A stretch of DNA of 61,361 bases from contig CALXFD010000006.1 in NCBI GenBank assembly GCA_944387495.1, positions 1 through 61,361 of the forward strand, given 5' to 3'. Below are positions 8,978 through 19,581 of the stretch, in pieces. The notes beneath the pieces were generated by a model. It ran no database searches. It was not told the origin of the DNA and saw only the letters and a list, made by a program, of their open reading frames with translations. The position numbers and the translations under genes are program-made. The first letter of the stretch is position 1, and the number at the start of each line of letters is the position of its first letter. The DNA is from an uncultured Clostridia bacterium. Its GTDB lineage: Bacteria; Bacillota; Clostridia; TANB77; CAG-508.

Positions 8978-10270
8978 CTACAAGTATAAAGCTGACCTAA
9001 AACCGACGTTACCGCGGCTGCTAGAAGGTGTATAGAAGCCACGATGAGAAGCTGGATTGGTCTCACCTGAAACGAAGTAACCGCCACCTCGAGTAACTCG
9101 ACCAGTGCTATTGCAAGCTTCCATTGTCCATTCCCAAACATTTCCTGCTAAGTCATATATATTTTTTACTGCATAATTTGCATCTGAACCTGTCGTTGTT
9201 GGAGATGATTGTCCATAATATCCTTTCCCTGTTGAATTGGCTACAAATGAATTTTCTGTATCACAAGTTCCTGTCGTATATGCTGGGTCGAGCCATGCCA
9301 TTATTGCATCCCATTGTACTCCGTATATTAATGTACTTGTTACTCCATATTTTTCTTTATCTGCATACATTCCTTTTGCTTTTTCTACTGCTCCTCCTGC
9401 TGAGTCTGTCATTGAATTTCCCCATTTTATATAGTTATATACATTTTTTCCTTGTTTAAATACAGCTTCATCATCTATATTATTTTTATCTGTGCTAGTT
9501 CTTCCTCCATTTTCTGTCCCTGCCTCATATCTTGCTACATAAAATCCATTGTTGTCTAATACGCTTTGTTTCATGGCACCATATTCTGTTTGCTCTGTTC
9601 CATATCCTTTTGAATATGGTTCTTCACAATCTGATAACATCGTGTCTAACTTTTTATTATAATACCCTTCATAAGGTCTAAATGCACTATCCTCTTCCAC
9701 TGGCACCCATACAAATTGATTTCCTACTAATGTTTGGGCTACTTCATGGCTTGTTCCTTTATCCTTATCTGCCGGATTATCTGATATTACTATTCCTTCT
9801 TCTTTTGTTCCTCCTACATATACAAATCCTTTTGGTATTGTTACTCCTTCTACTTTTACTTCGTCTCCTTCATCTGGCACTTCTCCTGTTTCTGGTCCTG
9901 TTATTGCTCCTGTTCCTTGGTCTATTGTATATTTATGCCCATTTTCAAATGTTACTGTCAATGTTCCACTTCCACTTGCTGTTCCTGTTGAATTTAGTTT
10001 GTCTAACTCTGCATTTAATTCATCTGCTGTTACATCTTCTGCTATTTTATCTACTTTTCCTGTTTTTGCTGCTGCATATGCCATTTTTATTTCTTCTTTT
10101 TCTTGTCCTATTTCTGTTTCTTCTTTACTTTCTGTTGCTTTTGTTAACACTCCATTTTCTCCTGTTAGTATTGCTATGCTTACTCCCGCAAGGATTAGAA
10201 GAACTATGATAGTTATCACTAAGGCAATTAAAGTTATACCATTATTAGAATTTTTAAACTTACTTCTCAT
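8978..10270 (-). CDS. DGR target: type IV pilin-like N-terminus plus C-terminal C-type-lectin/FGE-sulfatase-like domain
   Basis: Class III signal NNNG|ITLIALVITIIVLLILAGVSI; GNQFVWVPV, GFYVARYEAG, NIYDLAGNVWEWT...RGG...GFRSALY (FGE-type CLec); last ~45 codons are the VR. Confidence 0.92.
   Translation of the reverse strand: MRSKFKNSNNGITLIALVITIIVLLILAGVSIAILTGENGVLTKATESKEETEIGQEKEEIKMAYAAAKTGKVDKIAEDVTADELNAELDKLNSTGTASGSGTLTVTFENGHKYTIDQGTGAITGPETGEVPDEGDEVKVEGVTIPKGFVYVGGTKEEGIVISDNPADKDKGTSHEVAQTLVGNQFVWVPVEEDSAFRPYEGYYNKKLDTMLSDCEEPYSKGYGTEQTEYGAMKQSVLDNNGFYVARYEAGTENGGRTSTDKNNIDDEAVFKQGKNVYNYIKWGNSMTDSAGGAVEKAKGMYADKEKYGVTSTLIYGVQWDAIMAWLDPAYTTGTCDTENSFVANSTGKGYYGQSSPTTTGSDANYAVKNIYDLAGNVWEWTMEACNSTGRVTRGGGYFVSGETNPASHRGFYTPSSSRGNVGFRSALYL
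8991..9120 (-). repeat. DGR variable repeat (VR)
   Basis: 3' end of the target gene; differs from TR at 22 positions (12 A>G, 6 A>T, 4 A>C), changing 15 codons. Confidence 0.96.
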
Positions 10271-10653
10271 ATTTTTTCTCTCCCTTCTTCTGTCTTTTTC
10301 ATTTTTCTCCTTAACTTTTGTTAATTTTCTTTTCCTTATTTATCAAATCTATTTTATAAATAGTATTTTCCCCTTTATTCTTTTTTTCTAACAATGATAT
10401 TTACTTTTCAAGGTTCTTTTTCTATTTTATAAAATAGATTTAACTATTTATTATTTTATACTTATTCTTTTATTTAGTCAATAATCTTTTATAGCTTTAT
10501 CATTTCCTTTTTTTTCATTTTTTGAACTTCCTTGCTAATTTTTTCAGCTAATTCTAATTTTTTGCATGCTTCTGTTATTTTATTATTTAGTTCAGTAGTT
10601 TTTAAATAAATTTCGTCTGATGAAACACTTTTAATATAATTTATATAATCTTA

Positions 10654-10682
10654 TTGGCAAACTTAGTAATATATTATATAAT
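10654..10682 (+). promoter_or_regulatory. Sigma-A type promoter
   Basis: TTGGCA-17 bp-TATAAT upstream of the ORF at 10705. Confidence 0.6.
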
Positions 10683-10704
10683 AACTTTATAGGAGGGACT
10701 AAAT

Positions 10705-10854
10705 ATGAAAGATTTTACAAAAAATGATGAAAATATTGAAAAAGTAAAATTATCTAAAAGAAAAAATATAGGAGAATTATTTGAAAATTATTTTGGAAAT
10801 TTTAAACCAGAAGAATTTGATTGGGGAAAAAATGAAGGTGATGAAATATGGTAA
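10705..10854 (+). CDS. 49-aa protein resembling the C-terminal half of MazE/AbrB-type antitoxins
   Basis: RBS AGGAGG; MKDFTKNDENIEKVKLSKRKNIGELFENYFGNFKPEEFDWGKNEGDEIW*; the tail resembles the MazE (E)xDWGxxxGxExW C-terminus. Confidence 0.65.
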   Translation: MKDFTKNDENIEKVKLSKRKNIGELFENYFGNFKPEEFDWGKNEGDEIW

Positions 10855-10897
10855 TGACGGAAATTTTAAATTATAAAATAATAAAAATTTCCGTCAT
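10854..10897. terminator. Bidirectional terminator between convergent genes
   Basis: ATGACGGAAATTTT...AAAATTTCCGTCAT 14-bp inverted repeat. Confidence 0.65.
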
Positions 10898-10911
10898 CAC
10901 TATTTCTTTTC

Positions 10912-12651
10912 TCACACATTTTTTAATTCTTCATACCTTTTTACTTTCTGAGTTGTTGTCTTAACTAATTCCTTAGTAGTTATACTAATATTCTTAACAT
11001 GCTTAAACACAGGCAAAGTTTTATTAATTTCTTTAATCTCTTCAAATATTAAATCTTTATATTCTTTTTCTGTCTTATCTCCAAAAGTTTCTTTTATTAT
11101 GTCCTCATCATATACTATTTTTGCACATAACATTGTATCTGTACTGTTTCTTTCTCTTTGATATACTAGTGATTCTTTTACATATGGCAATTTATTTATT
11201 AAAAATTCTATTTCTTGTGGGTATACATTTTTTCCATTTCTTAATACTATAATGTCTTTTTTTCTACCTGTTATCCATATAAATCCGTCTTTATCTATAT
11301 ATCCATAGTCACCTGTGTAAAACCATCCATCTTTTAGTGCTTTTTTGTTTTCTTCTTCATTGTTATAATATCCAAGCATTACACTAGGTCCTTTAACTGT
11401 AATTTCACCTTCTCCATTTTCGTCTGGATTTGATATTTTTACATTTAAGCTTGGTAATGCTAATCCTATTGAGCCTGGTCTTTTTTCTTTATCTGATTCT
11501 GCTGATACTACTGGCGATGTTTCTGTTAGTCCATATCCTTGTATTAGGTCTATTCCAAAATTGTTAAATCCTATTATTGTGTCTTTATTCATTGGTGCTG
11601 AACCATAAAACACTACTCTTAGATTTCCTCCAAAATTATCTAATATTTGTTTAAACACTTTTTTCCTTATATCTATTTTACATTTTAAAAGTAGTTTTGA
11701 TATTTTGAGCATTGTATTTATTAATTTTGTTTTTCCTTGGTCATTTATTGCTTTTTGTATTTTTTTGTACATTGTTTCTAGAACTAATGGTACTGCAACA
11801 AATACTGATACCTTATATTCTGCAAGATTTTTTTGTATATATTTTAATCCATCACAAAAGGCTATTGTTGCACCACTATAAAATCCAAATAGGAATGTAA
11901 CTGTACATTCAAAAGTATGGTGTATTGGCAAAAATGATAACATTGTATCTTTTGTTCCCAATTGTACCCATGATGCTAAATCTTGAATATTTGAGCAAAT
12001 GTTTTTTTGTGATAGCATTACTGCTTTTGGCTCATTTGTTGTTCCTGATGTAAATAACATTATTGACATTTTTTCTGGATTTATTGCAATTTTTTCATAT
12101 TGAGTATTATTTTGTTCTAATAATTTTTGCCCTTCTATTAGTAAATCATTAATATTTTCTATTCCCTCTTCTTTTAGATTATCCATACATATTAATTCAT
12201 TAAGTATTGAATTTGGCTCTTCTTTTATTTTTTTCATTATATCTATATATTTTTTATCAAATATAGCAATTTCTGCTTCACTTCTTGTAACTAGATTTTG
12301 AATTTCATTGTCTGGTAAAGCTTTATCTAATGGCACAACTACCATATTTCCACAAGTAATTGCTAGATAGCTTATACACCATTCATATCTATTGTTTCCT
12401 ATTAATATTACTCTTTTTCCTTCTAATTTTTTATTTAATAATATTGTGCTTAATGCTTTTACATCTTTTCCAACTTGTCCAAATGTTTTTTCTATATATT
12501 CTGGCTGTTTTGCTGTATAGTCTTTTTTGTATCTATATGCTATATTATCCTTATACTTTGTAGTAGAATATTCCAGCATTTCCCTAAAATTATTTACTTT
12601 TCTTGGTTCATATACTTTTCTATTTTCATTATCTCCCATATATCCCATCAC
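10912..12651 (-). CDS. Long-chain fatty acid-CoA ligase (AMP-binding)
   Basis: FTSGTTNEPK, QGYGLTETSP, GWFYTGDYG, ITGRKKDII, GKNVYPQEIE motifs; the true start may be ATG 12639. Confidence 0.92.
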   Translation of the reverse strand: MMGYMGDNENRKVYEPRKVNNFREMLEYSTTKYKDNIAYRYKKDYTAKQPEYIEKTFGQVGKDVKALSTILLNKKLEGKRVILIGNNRYEWCISYLAITCGNMVVVPLDKALPDNEIQNLVTRSEAEIAIFDKKYIDIMKKIKEEPNSILNELICMDNLKEEGIENINDLLIEGQKLLEQNNTQYEKIAINPEKMSIMLFTSGTTNEPKAVMLSQKNICSNIQDLASWVQLGTKDTMLSFLPIHHTFECTVTFLFGFYSGATIAFCDGLKYIQKNLAEYKVSVFVAVPLVLETMYKKIQKAINDQGKTKLINTMLKISKLLLKCKIDIRKKVFKQILDNFGGNLRVVFYGSAPMNKDTIIGFNNFGIDLIQGYGLTETSPVVSAESDKEKRPGSIGLALPSLNVKISNPDENGEGEITVKGPSVMLGYYNNEEENKKALKDGWFYTGDYGYIDKDGFIWITGRKKDIIVLRNGKNVYPQEIEFLINKLPYVKESLVYQRERNSTDTMLCAKIVYDEDIIKETFGDKTEKEYKDLIFEEIKEINKTLPVFKHVKNISITTKELVKTTTQKVKRYEELKNV

Positions 12652-12880
12652 CTTTACTTTTTTTTAATTTTATAACATCTTTTTCTTAAATACAATAAAA
12701 ATTTAAAAAATATATTTCTTTTCTAACACTTTTTTTATATTTAATTTTTAATGTATTTTTTATAAAATTATCACTGTAAAAAATATATTTGCAATATTTT
12801 ACAAAAATTCTACAAAATGTTTGATTTTTCTAAAATTTATTTGTATAATATTCTCAGTATTTCAGTGTGAGGAAAGTATT

Positions 12881-15800
12881 ATGGAAAAGATATTATATGA
12901 ATTAACAAATCCACAAAAGAATATTATGGAATTACAAAAAGTAAATCCAGAAAATGAGAGTATTGCACATATAAGTGCATCTTTAAAATTAGATGGTGTT
13001 TTAGATATAAATCTTTTAAAGAAAACACTTAATATTGTTATACAAAAAAATGATTCATATCATATTAGATTGGTAGAAAAGGATTCAAAAATATTTCAAT
13101 ATTTTGTAGAAGATGTTCCTGAACAAGATTTTGAAGTTAGAAAATTTGCTACTGATGATATTTCTGACTTTATTCAAGAATACAATAACTTGCAACTATC
13201 TTTTAATAAATTATTTTCTTTTGCAATCGCAATAACCCCTAACTATACATATATTTTATATAAAACACATCATATAATTGCAGATGGTTGGGCTATGACA
13301 CAATTTTCTGAACAGGTTAAAGAAATTTATTGCAAGTTGAAAAATAATGAAGATTTGTCTACATTTTCTAGACCTTCTTATTTAGATGTTATAAAACGTG
13401 AAGATGAATATATGAATTCGGCAAAATATTCTACTGATTATAATTTTTGGAAAGATTATACTGCAAAAATAAATACTGATAAACTTTTCCAAAGTGATGA
13501 TATTTTTGATAAAACTTCTAAACGTTCTGATTATGAATTACCAATTAATTTATCTGACAAAATTGAACAATTCTGTAATGAAAAACATATTACAGAATAT
13601 GTATTCTTTTTGGCTGTGTTTTCTATATATTTTTCTAAAATATATAATACAAATTCTTTTGTATTTGGAACACCTTTTCTTAATAGACAAAAAAAATATG
13701 GGGAAATGGATTGTGTAGGTTTATTTATATCTACTCTTCCTCTTATTGTTAATATAAATAAAGATGAAGATTTTATTGAACTTTGTAAAAATATATCTTC
13801 TAATAATTTTTCTATATTTAAACATTCTCGTTTTCCATATGCTCATATAGAAAAATTGTATCATGAAAATTCTAAGGATTCATCTAATTTGTATGAAATT
13901 GGATTTTCATATCAAGTTAATGAATTAAATTATAAAATGGATAATGGTTCTACTGGAAGTTTTGAGTGGTATTTTTTAGGTACTCAAAACAATCCATTAA
14001 CTATACATTTATCTGTTCCAAATCATAAAAGATTACTTTCCTATGATTATTGGACTTCATGTTTTACAGAGGAAGAAATTGAAAAAGTAAATAAAATTAT
14101 TTTACATATTATAGAACAAGTTTTAGATGATGTTTTAGATTTAAAAAATATTAATTTGTTGTGTAAAGAAGATTTTGAATTTATGGAGAAGTTCTTGTCT
14201 TCTGGTAATGTTGAAAAGTCTGATTATTCAGTACCTGATTTATTTAAAAAAGTTGCTAAAACATATAGTGATAAAACAGCTATTATTTGTGAAGATAAGT
14301 CTATAACATATAACGAGCTAGATTTAAAATCTGATGCTTTGGCAGATTTTATGCTTAAAAATGGGCTTAAAAAAGGTGATGCTGTTGCATTATTCTTTGA
14401 AAAAAGCATTGATATGATTGTTTCTATTTTGGCCGTTTTAAAAGCTGGCGGTTGTTATGTTCCTATTTTACCTGATGAGGAAACTAGTAGAATTAATTAT
14501 ATATTAAGCAATAGCTCTCCATTTTGTATATTAACTAAGTTTTCTTTTTTAGATAAATTAGATAATGATTTAAAAATTTATTGTTTAGATAATATGAAAT
14601 TGTCTCAAAAGGTAGATTTTAAAGCAAATGTTTTACCAACAGATATTGCATATATGATTTATACATCTGGCTCTACTGGTAACCCAAAAGGTACTATGGT
14701 TATGCATAAAAATATTTGTGATTTGATGAAATCTATTTCAGAAGATGAAGTTGTACATGCAGATAGTTCTGATGTTTCTATGTCTTTATTAAAGTATTCT
14801 TTTGATGCTTCTGGTATAGACATATATACTTCTTTATTATTTGGTGGTACTCTAATTTTAGTAAGTAAAGATGATGAGTTAAATCCTAGCAAAGTTTTAG
14901 GTATTATTGAAAAACATAAGGTTACTCGTTCTTTCCTTATCCCTAAATGGCTAGAACATATTTCTATTGAAAATGCTACTGGAAAATATGATTTATCTAG
15001 TTTAAAGATTTTAGGAGCAGGTGGAGAAACTTTAAAACCTTCTATAATTGCTAGTTTGCTGAAAGCTTATCCAAATTTAAAAATTTTAAATTTATATGGA
15101 CCTACTGAGACTACTATGTTTACTACTTGTAAAGTAATTACTTCAAACGAAATAGATACAAACCACACTTCAATTGGACGTCCTATTTTTGGAGCTAGAC
15201 TTTGTGTTGTAAATTCTTTTTATGATTTTCTACCTCCAAATACTAAGGGTGAATTGGTAATTTTTGAAGATGCTAATTCTATTTCAAATATTGCCAAAGG
15301 TTATTTGCATTTGCCAGAACAAACTGAGAAAAAATTTATTGAAATATATAATCCTATTATTAAGAAAAATGTACGTGCTTATCGTACAGGTGATATTGCA
15401 AAAATAAATTATGATGGGGAATTAGAGTTCTTAGGTAGAGATGATGATATTGTAAAAGTTAATGGTGGCTATTTAGTTGCATTAAATGAGATTGAAAATA
15501 AGATACAAAAATTATTAGGAGATTATTTTGATAGTTATCTAATAGCTGTTCCTTTTAAAAATACTAAAATGATAATATTGTTTGTAGTTCAAAAGGAAAA
15601 AAATATTAAATTACATAATTTAAAAAGTTATATTAATAACAATATCACTTTTTACATGAGACCTAAAAAAATTATAAAACTAGATGAATTCCCTCGTAAT
15701 TCATCTGGAAAAATAGACCGTAAAACTTTAAAGAAAATTGCTGAAAATTATTTACAAACTTCTTCTGATACAATTATACTTCCTCGTACACAGACTGAAA

Positions 15801-17140
15801 AAGAATTATTCCAAATTTTAAGAAAGTTTGTAGATATAGAAACATTATCAATAACAGATGATTTTATTGATGACCTTGGCATTGATTCTTTAACTTTAAC
15901 TAGTTTTTATTCTTGTTTGGATAAATATAAACTTTCTATACAAGATATTTATAATAATCCAAATATCGAAGAATTAGCAAATTATATTGATAATTCTTCA
16001 AAAGCTCAAAAACTAGATTTAGATTTATCAAATATTTCTGATGCTAAAATTTTAAATAATGTTACAAAATTTGATTTATCTAATGTATTAATCACAGGAG
16101 TAACTGGATTTTTAGGTATTCATTTACTTAAAGACTTATTATTTAGTGATAAAACTAAGAAAATATATTGTATTATTAGAAATAAAATTAATCAAAATGG
16201 TAAACAACGTTTAGATAGTATGATTAAATATTATTTTAATAATGATGAGAAAATATTAGAACTTGTTGATAAAAAGATTGTTATTTTAAATGGTGACGTT
16301 ACAAAAGATTTCTTAGGTCTTGGACCATTTTTATATAAAGAATTAAGAACTGTTATAACTACTGTTATAAATTCAGCTGCAAATGTAAGACATTTTGTTA
16401 AACCTGCTCAAATTATGAAAGATAATGTGGAAAGCGTACAAAAAATTATTGATTTTTGTGGTACTCAAATTTCCCTTGCTCATATTTCTACACTTTCTGT
16501 TATTGGAAATCATTTAAAAGCTGGAAGTGTTTTTGACGAAAATTCTTTATATGTAGGGCAAGAACTAAATAATCCTTATTTGATTAGTAAATTTGAAGCA
16601 GAAAAAATTATTTTATGTGCTATAAATAACAATAAATTAAATGCTTGCATATTTAGAATGGGAAATATTATGCCTAGACTTTCTGATGGAGTTTTCCAAG
16701 AAAATGCTAACCAAAATGCTTTTATTGTAGCACTTAAAGCTATTATAGATTGCAATATGCTCCCAGATAGTTTTGTTAATATTCCTATTGAATTTAGCCC
16801 TGTTGACGAATGTTCTAAATTTGTAATTTCTTTATTAGAACATGATTTTAAATATACTATTTATCATATTGCAAATAATAATAATTTTACTTTTGCAGAT
16901 TTACAAAGGATTTTGGCAAAATTAAATATAAAATTAGATATTGTTTCTTGGGATACTTTTATAAATAATTTAACTCAATATGCAGATGAATATACCAAAG
17001 AATATCTCAGCTCTAATGAAATGACTACTTTCATGCAAGCTCGAACTATTCAAAATCTAAAATCTATTAATTTAGATTGGAAAAATGTTGATTTAGATTA
17101 TATAAAATATATTATTAACATTATTAATAATTTAAAATAA
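12881..17140 (+). CDS. Single-module NRPS, C-A-T-R (terminal thioester reductase)
   Basis: C: LTNPQ, HHIIADG; A: YTSGSTGNPKG, FDAS, NLYGPTETT, YRTGD, NSSGKIDR; T: LGIDSL; R: ITGVTGFLG, YLISK. Start at ATG 12881 after GAGGA. Confidence 0.93.
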   Translation: MEKILYELTNPQKNIMELQKVNPENESIAHISASLKLDGVLDINLLKKTLNIVIQKNDSYHIRLVEKDSKIFQYFVEDVPEQDFEVRKFATDDISDFIQEYNNLQLSFNKLFSFAIAITPNYTYILYKTHHIIADGWAMTQFSEQVKEIYCKLKNNEDLSTFSRPSYLDVIKREDEYMNSAKYSTDYNFWKDYTAKINTDKLFQSDDIFDKTSKRSDYELPINLSDKIEQFCNEKHITEYVFFLAVFSIYFSKIYNTNSFVFGTPFLNRQKKYGEMDCVGLFISTLPLIVNINKDEDFIELCKNISSNNFSIFKHSRFPYAHIEKLYHENSKDSSNLYEIGFSYQVNELNYKMDNGSTGSFEWYFLGTQNNPLTIHLSVPNHKRLLSYDYWTSCFTEEEIEKVNKIILHIIEQVLDDVLDLKNINLLCKEDFEFMEKFLSSGNVEKSDYSVPDLFKKVAKTYSDKTAIICEDKSITYNELDLKSDALADFMLKNGLKKGDAVALFFEKSIDMIVSILAVLKAGGCYVPILPDEETSRINYILSNSSPFCILTKFSFLDKLDNDLKIYCLDNMKLSQKVDFKANVLPTDIAYMIYTSGSTGNPKGTMVMHKNICDLMKSISEDEVVHADSSDVSMSLLKYSFDASGIDIYTSLLFGGTLILVSKDDELNPSKVLGIIEKHKVTRSFLIPKWLEHISIENATGKYDLSSLKILGAGGETLKPSIIASLLKAYPNLKILNLYGPTETTMFTTCKVITSNEIDTNHTSIGRPIFGARLCVVNSFYDFLPPNTKGELVIFEDANSISNIAKGYLHLPEQTEKKFIEIYNPIIKKNVRAYRTGDIAKINYDGELEFLGRDDDIVKVNGGYLVALNEIENKIQKLLGDYFDSYLIAVPFKNTKMIILFVVQKEKNIKLHNLKSYINNNITFYMRPKKIIKLDEFPRNSSGKIDRKTLKKIAENYLQTSSDTIILPRTQTEKELFQILRKFVDIETLSITDDFIDDLGIDSLTLTSFYSCLDKYKLSIQDIYNNPNIEELANYIDNSSKAQKLDLDLSNISDAKILNNVTKFDLSNVLITGVTGFLGIHLLKDLLFSDKTKKIYCIIRNKINQNGKQRLDSMIKYYFNNDEKILELVDKKIVILNGDVTKDFLGLGPFLYKELRTVITTVINSAANVRHFVKPAQIMKDNVESVQKIIDFCGTQISLAHISTLSVIGNHLKAGSVFDENSLYVGQELNNPYLISKFEAEKIILCAINNNKLNACIFRMGNIMPRLSDGVFQENANQNAFIVALKAIIDCNMLPDSFVNIPIEFSPVDECSKFVISLLEHDFKYTIYHIANNNNFTFADLQRILAKLNIKLDIVSWDTFINNLTQYADEYTKEYLSSNEMTTFMQARTIQNLKSINLDWKNVDLDYIKYIINIINNLK

Positions 17141-17152
17141 GGAGGGGTTGTT

Positions 17153-19204
17153 TTGAGCAAAAAAACTAATGATAATAAAACTAATGATAAAAAATTAACA
17201 AATTTTAAACTTAAATTTTTACTAATGGTTTTAGTAGTTGACGCAATTACTGTTATTTTACTTTATTTCATAATGCCACTAGTACAAAATTTTCCACCTC
17301 TTTCTGAAAACATTGCTTTTCAGGAACAATTGGAAGAACTTACACATATTCAGCAATATATAATTGCCTATATTTTGTGTATTTCTATTCATAGCCTATC
17401 TTTCTTTTTACTTATGAGAAAAATTTTTGCATACCTAAAAAAATACTATAATAATGAAAAGATTTCTTATGATGAAATTCTTAATGTAAGAAAAGACTGT
17501 ATTAATATACCCTATAAGGTTTTTTTGGTACAAATGGTATTAATTATAGCCATTGGTATGTTGTTTAACTTTATTATGCTTGTTTCTTCATTTACTATTA
17601 TGAGATTTACCTTAATGATAATAGTTATAGCGTCAATAATTTCTGTTATATTATTGATAGGTACTCAAAAAATGTTATATAAAGTAAATATTTCTACATA
17701 TGAAGTATGTAAAAAATATGAAAAAAATATAGGTTATAGAATTACTAATTCTAAAAACCTATTATTCCAGATGATACCTTTTATTTTAGTTATTTTAATA
17801 GTAATTTCTTTAATAGGGTATTCTAAGGCTGTTCAACAAGAAGGTTTTGCAACAGCAAATTATTATAGAGCATATTTAGAAATGAATAAAGTTTCTAGTG
17901 ATAATGTCTCTATGGAAAGTTTAAAAAATTTATTAAATAATATACCTTTGCAATCTGATAAAGATTACTATTTTATAATTACTCCAAATGATGAACAAAT
18001 TTACACATCTAATCCAGATGGAAATATTAGTGATTTTGTGTTGAAATATAGAGACTTTTTCTACGAACAATCAAATGGGGTGTTATATGAAACTTATGGA
18101 GTAGATGAACAATTATATATTGTGGATATTACAGATTCAAATGGTGGAACTTGGTATTATGGTTTTAAATATCCAGTAGTTGATTTTGATTTGTTTTTAT
18201 ATTATTTTGAACTAATTATTGTGGTATTTATTGCTTATACTATTTTACTTTCAGTTTGGTCACACAATATTTCAAATAATTTAATTAAGACTACTGAAAG
18301 TTTGAAAGATATTTTGGATGATGAGAATTTGGATAAAAACAATATTCTTCCTATTGTATCAAATGATGAGTTTGGTGATTTATCATATTATTATAATAAA
18401 ATTCAAGAATTTACTGTTAATAATATAGAAAAAATTCATGAAAACCAAAATATGCTTATGGAAAGTGAGCGTTTAGCATCACTTGGTCAATTAATTGGTG
18501 GTATTGCTCATAACTTAAAAACTCCTATAATGTCTACTTCTGGTGCTATTGAAGGTTTATCTGATTTGATTAAAGAATATGATTCATCTATTGATGACCC
18601 AGAGGTTAATAGTAAAGACCACCATGATATAGCTCGTGATATGAATGAATGGATTGCTAAAATGAGAGAATATATTGAGTATATGTCTGATATTATTACA
18701 GCAGTTAAAGGTCAAGCTGTTACTCTATCTGAATCTGATGCTGTTCATTTTACATTAGATGAATTGGTTAAAAGAGTAGATATTTTGATGAAACATGAAC
18801 TTAAAAATGCAATTGTGTATTTGAATATTGGTATTAAAACTGATGAAAAAACTATTTTGAATGGTGATATTAATAGTTTAGTTCAAGTTATTAATAATAT
18901 GATTTCAAATTCTATTCAGGCATATAATGGTAAGACTGAACAAAATATAGATTTAATTATTGATAAAAAAGATAATAATATTGTAATTTCTGTAAAAGAT
19001 TATGCTTCTGGATTGCCTAAAAAGGTTCAGGAGAAATTATTTAAGGAAATGATTACTACAAAAGGTAAAAATGGTACTGGTTTAGGTTTATATATGTCTT
19101 ATTCAACAATTAGAGCTCATTTTAATGGTGATATTAAATTTGAGACAGAAGAAGGAAAAGGTACTACATTTTATATTATTTTACCTTTAAATGGTAATAC
19201 TTAG
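17153..19204 (+). CDS. Multi-TM sensor histidine kinase
   Basis: H-box GGIAHNLKTP, N-box NMISNSIQA, DYASG, GTGLGL; about 6 hydrophobic segments; TTG start 12 bp after the NRPS stop with GGAGG RBS. Confidence 0.93.
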   Translation: MSKKTNDNKTNDKKLTNFKLKFLLMVLVVDAITVILLYFIMPLVQNFPPLSENIAFQEQLEELTHIQQYIIAYILCISIHSLSFFLLMRKIFAYLKKYYNNEKISYDEILNVRKDCINIPYKVFLVQMVLIIAIGMLFNFIMLVSSFTIMRFTLMIIVIASIISVILLIGTQKMLYKVNISTYEVCKKYEKNIGYRITNSKNLLFQMIPFILVILIVISLIGYSKAVQQEGFATANYYRAYLEMNKVSSDNVSMESLKNLLNNIPLQSDKDYYFIITPNDEQIYTSNPDGNISDFVLKYRDFFYEQSNGVLYETYGVDEQLYIVDITDSNGGTWYYGFKYPVVDFDLFLYYFELIIVVFIAYTILLSVWSHNISNNLIKTTESLKDILDDENLDKNNILPIVSNDEFGDLSYYYNKIQEFTVNNIEKIHENQNMLMESERLASLGQLIGGIAHNLKTPIMSTSGAIEGLSDLIKEYDSSIDDPEVNSKDHHDIARDMNEWIAKMREYIEYMSDIITAVKGQAVTLSESDAVHFTLDELVKRVDILMKHELKNAIVYLNIGIKTDEKTILNGDINSLVQVINNMISNSIQAYNGKTEQNIDLIIDKKDNNIVISVKDYASGLPKKVQEKLFKEMITTKGKNGTGLGLYMSYSTIRAHFNGDIKFETEEGKGTTFYIILPLNGNT

Positions 19205-19230
19205 ATAATCGTATATTTAATAGATTTATA

Positions 19231-19272
19231 AAATTTAGCTAAAATTACTTTTTAGAAATTTTAGCTAAATTT
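19231..19272 (+). terminator. Terminator after the kinase
   Basis: AAATTTAGCTAAAATT...AATTTTAGCTAAATTT followed by T-tract. Confidence 0.6.
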
Positions 19273-19581
19273 TTTCTTTGTTTGGCTCGTTCTTTTAGTA
19301 ATGATTTTTTCTCACTAATGGTTCAATTCTTCTTTTTTTAAAATTGGAAAAAATCAATATATTTTAGACTAATTGTTCAAAATATTGAATAACTTTTTTT
19401 CCAATTTTATTTATTCTTTTATACTACTTTTTGTTTACCTTGTAGTTAGCTCCATGTCTGTTTTGGTTGCTATATCGCATGTTTGCAGATTTTTCCTTTT
19501 AATTTTTTTTGCAAAAAATGTTGATTTTTTTTTCTTTTATCTATATAATGTTGAAAAAGCTGTATAGGAGGCTGGGATGTA

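Larger units (their letters stand above)
6571..10270 (-). mobile_element. Diversity-generating retroelement cassette (target/VR - MutS-I-like - avd - RT - TR)
   Basis: DGR-type RT, Avd and a TR/VR repeat pair whose mismatches are all at TR adenines. Confidence 0.96.

Noticed and set aside
6105..10270. Prophage origin of the DGR
   Set aside because: No phage structural, integrase or lysis genes nearby; target is pilin-like.
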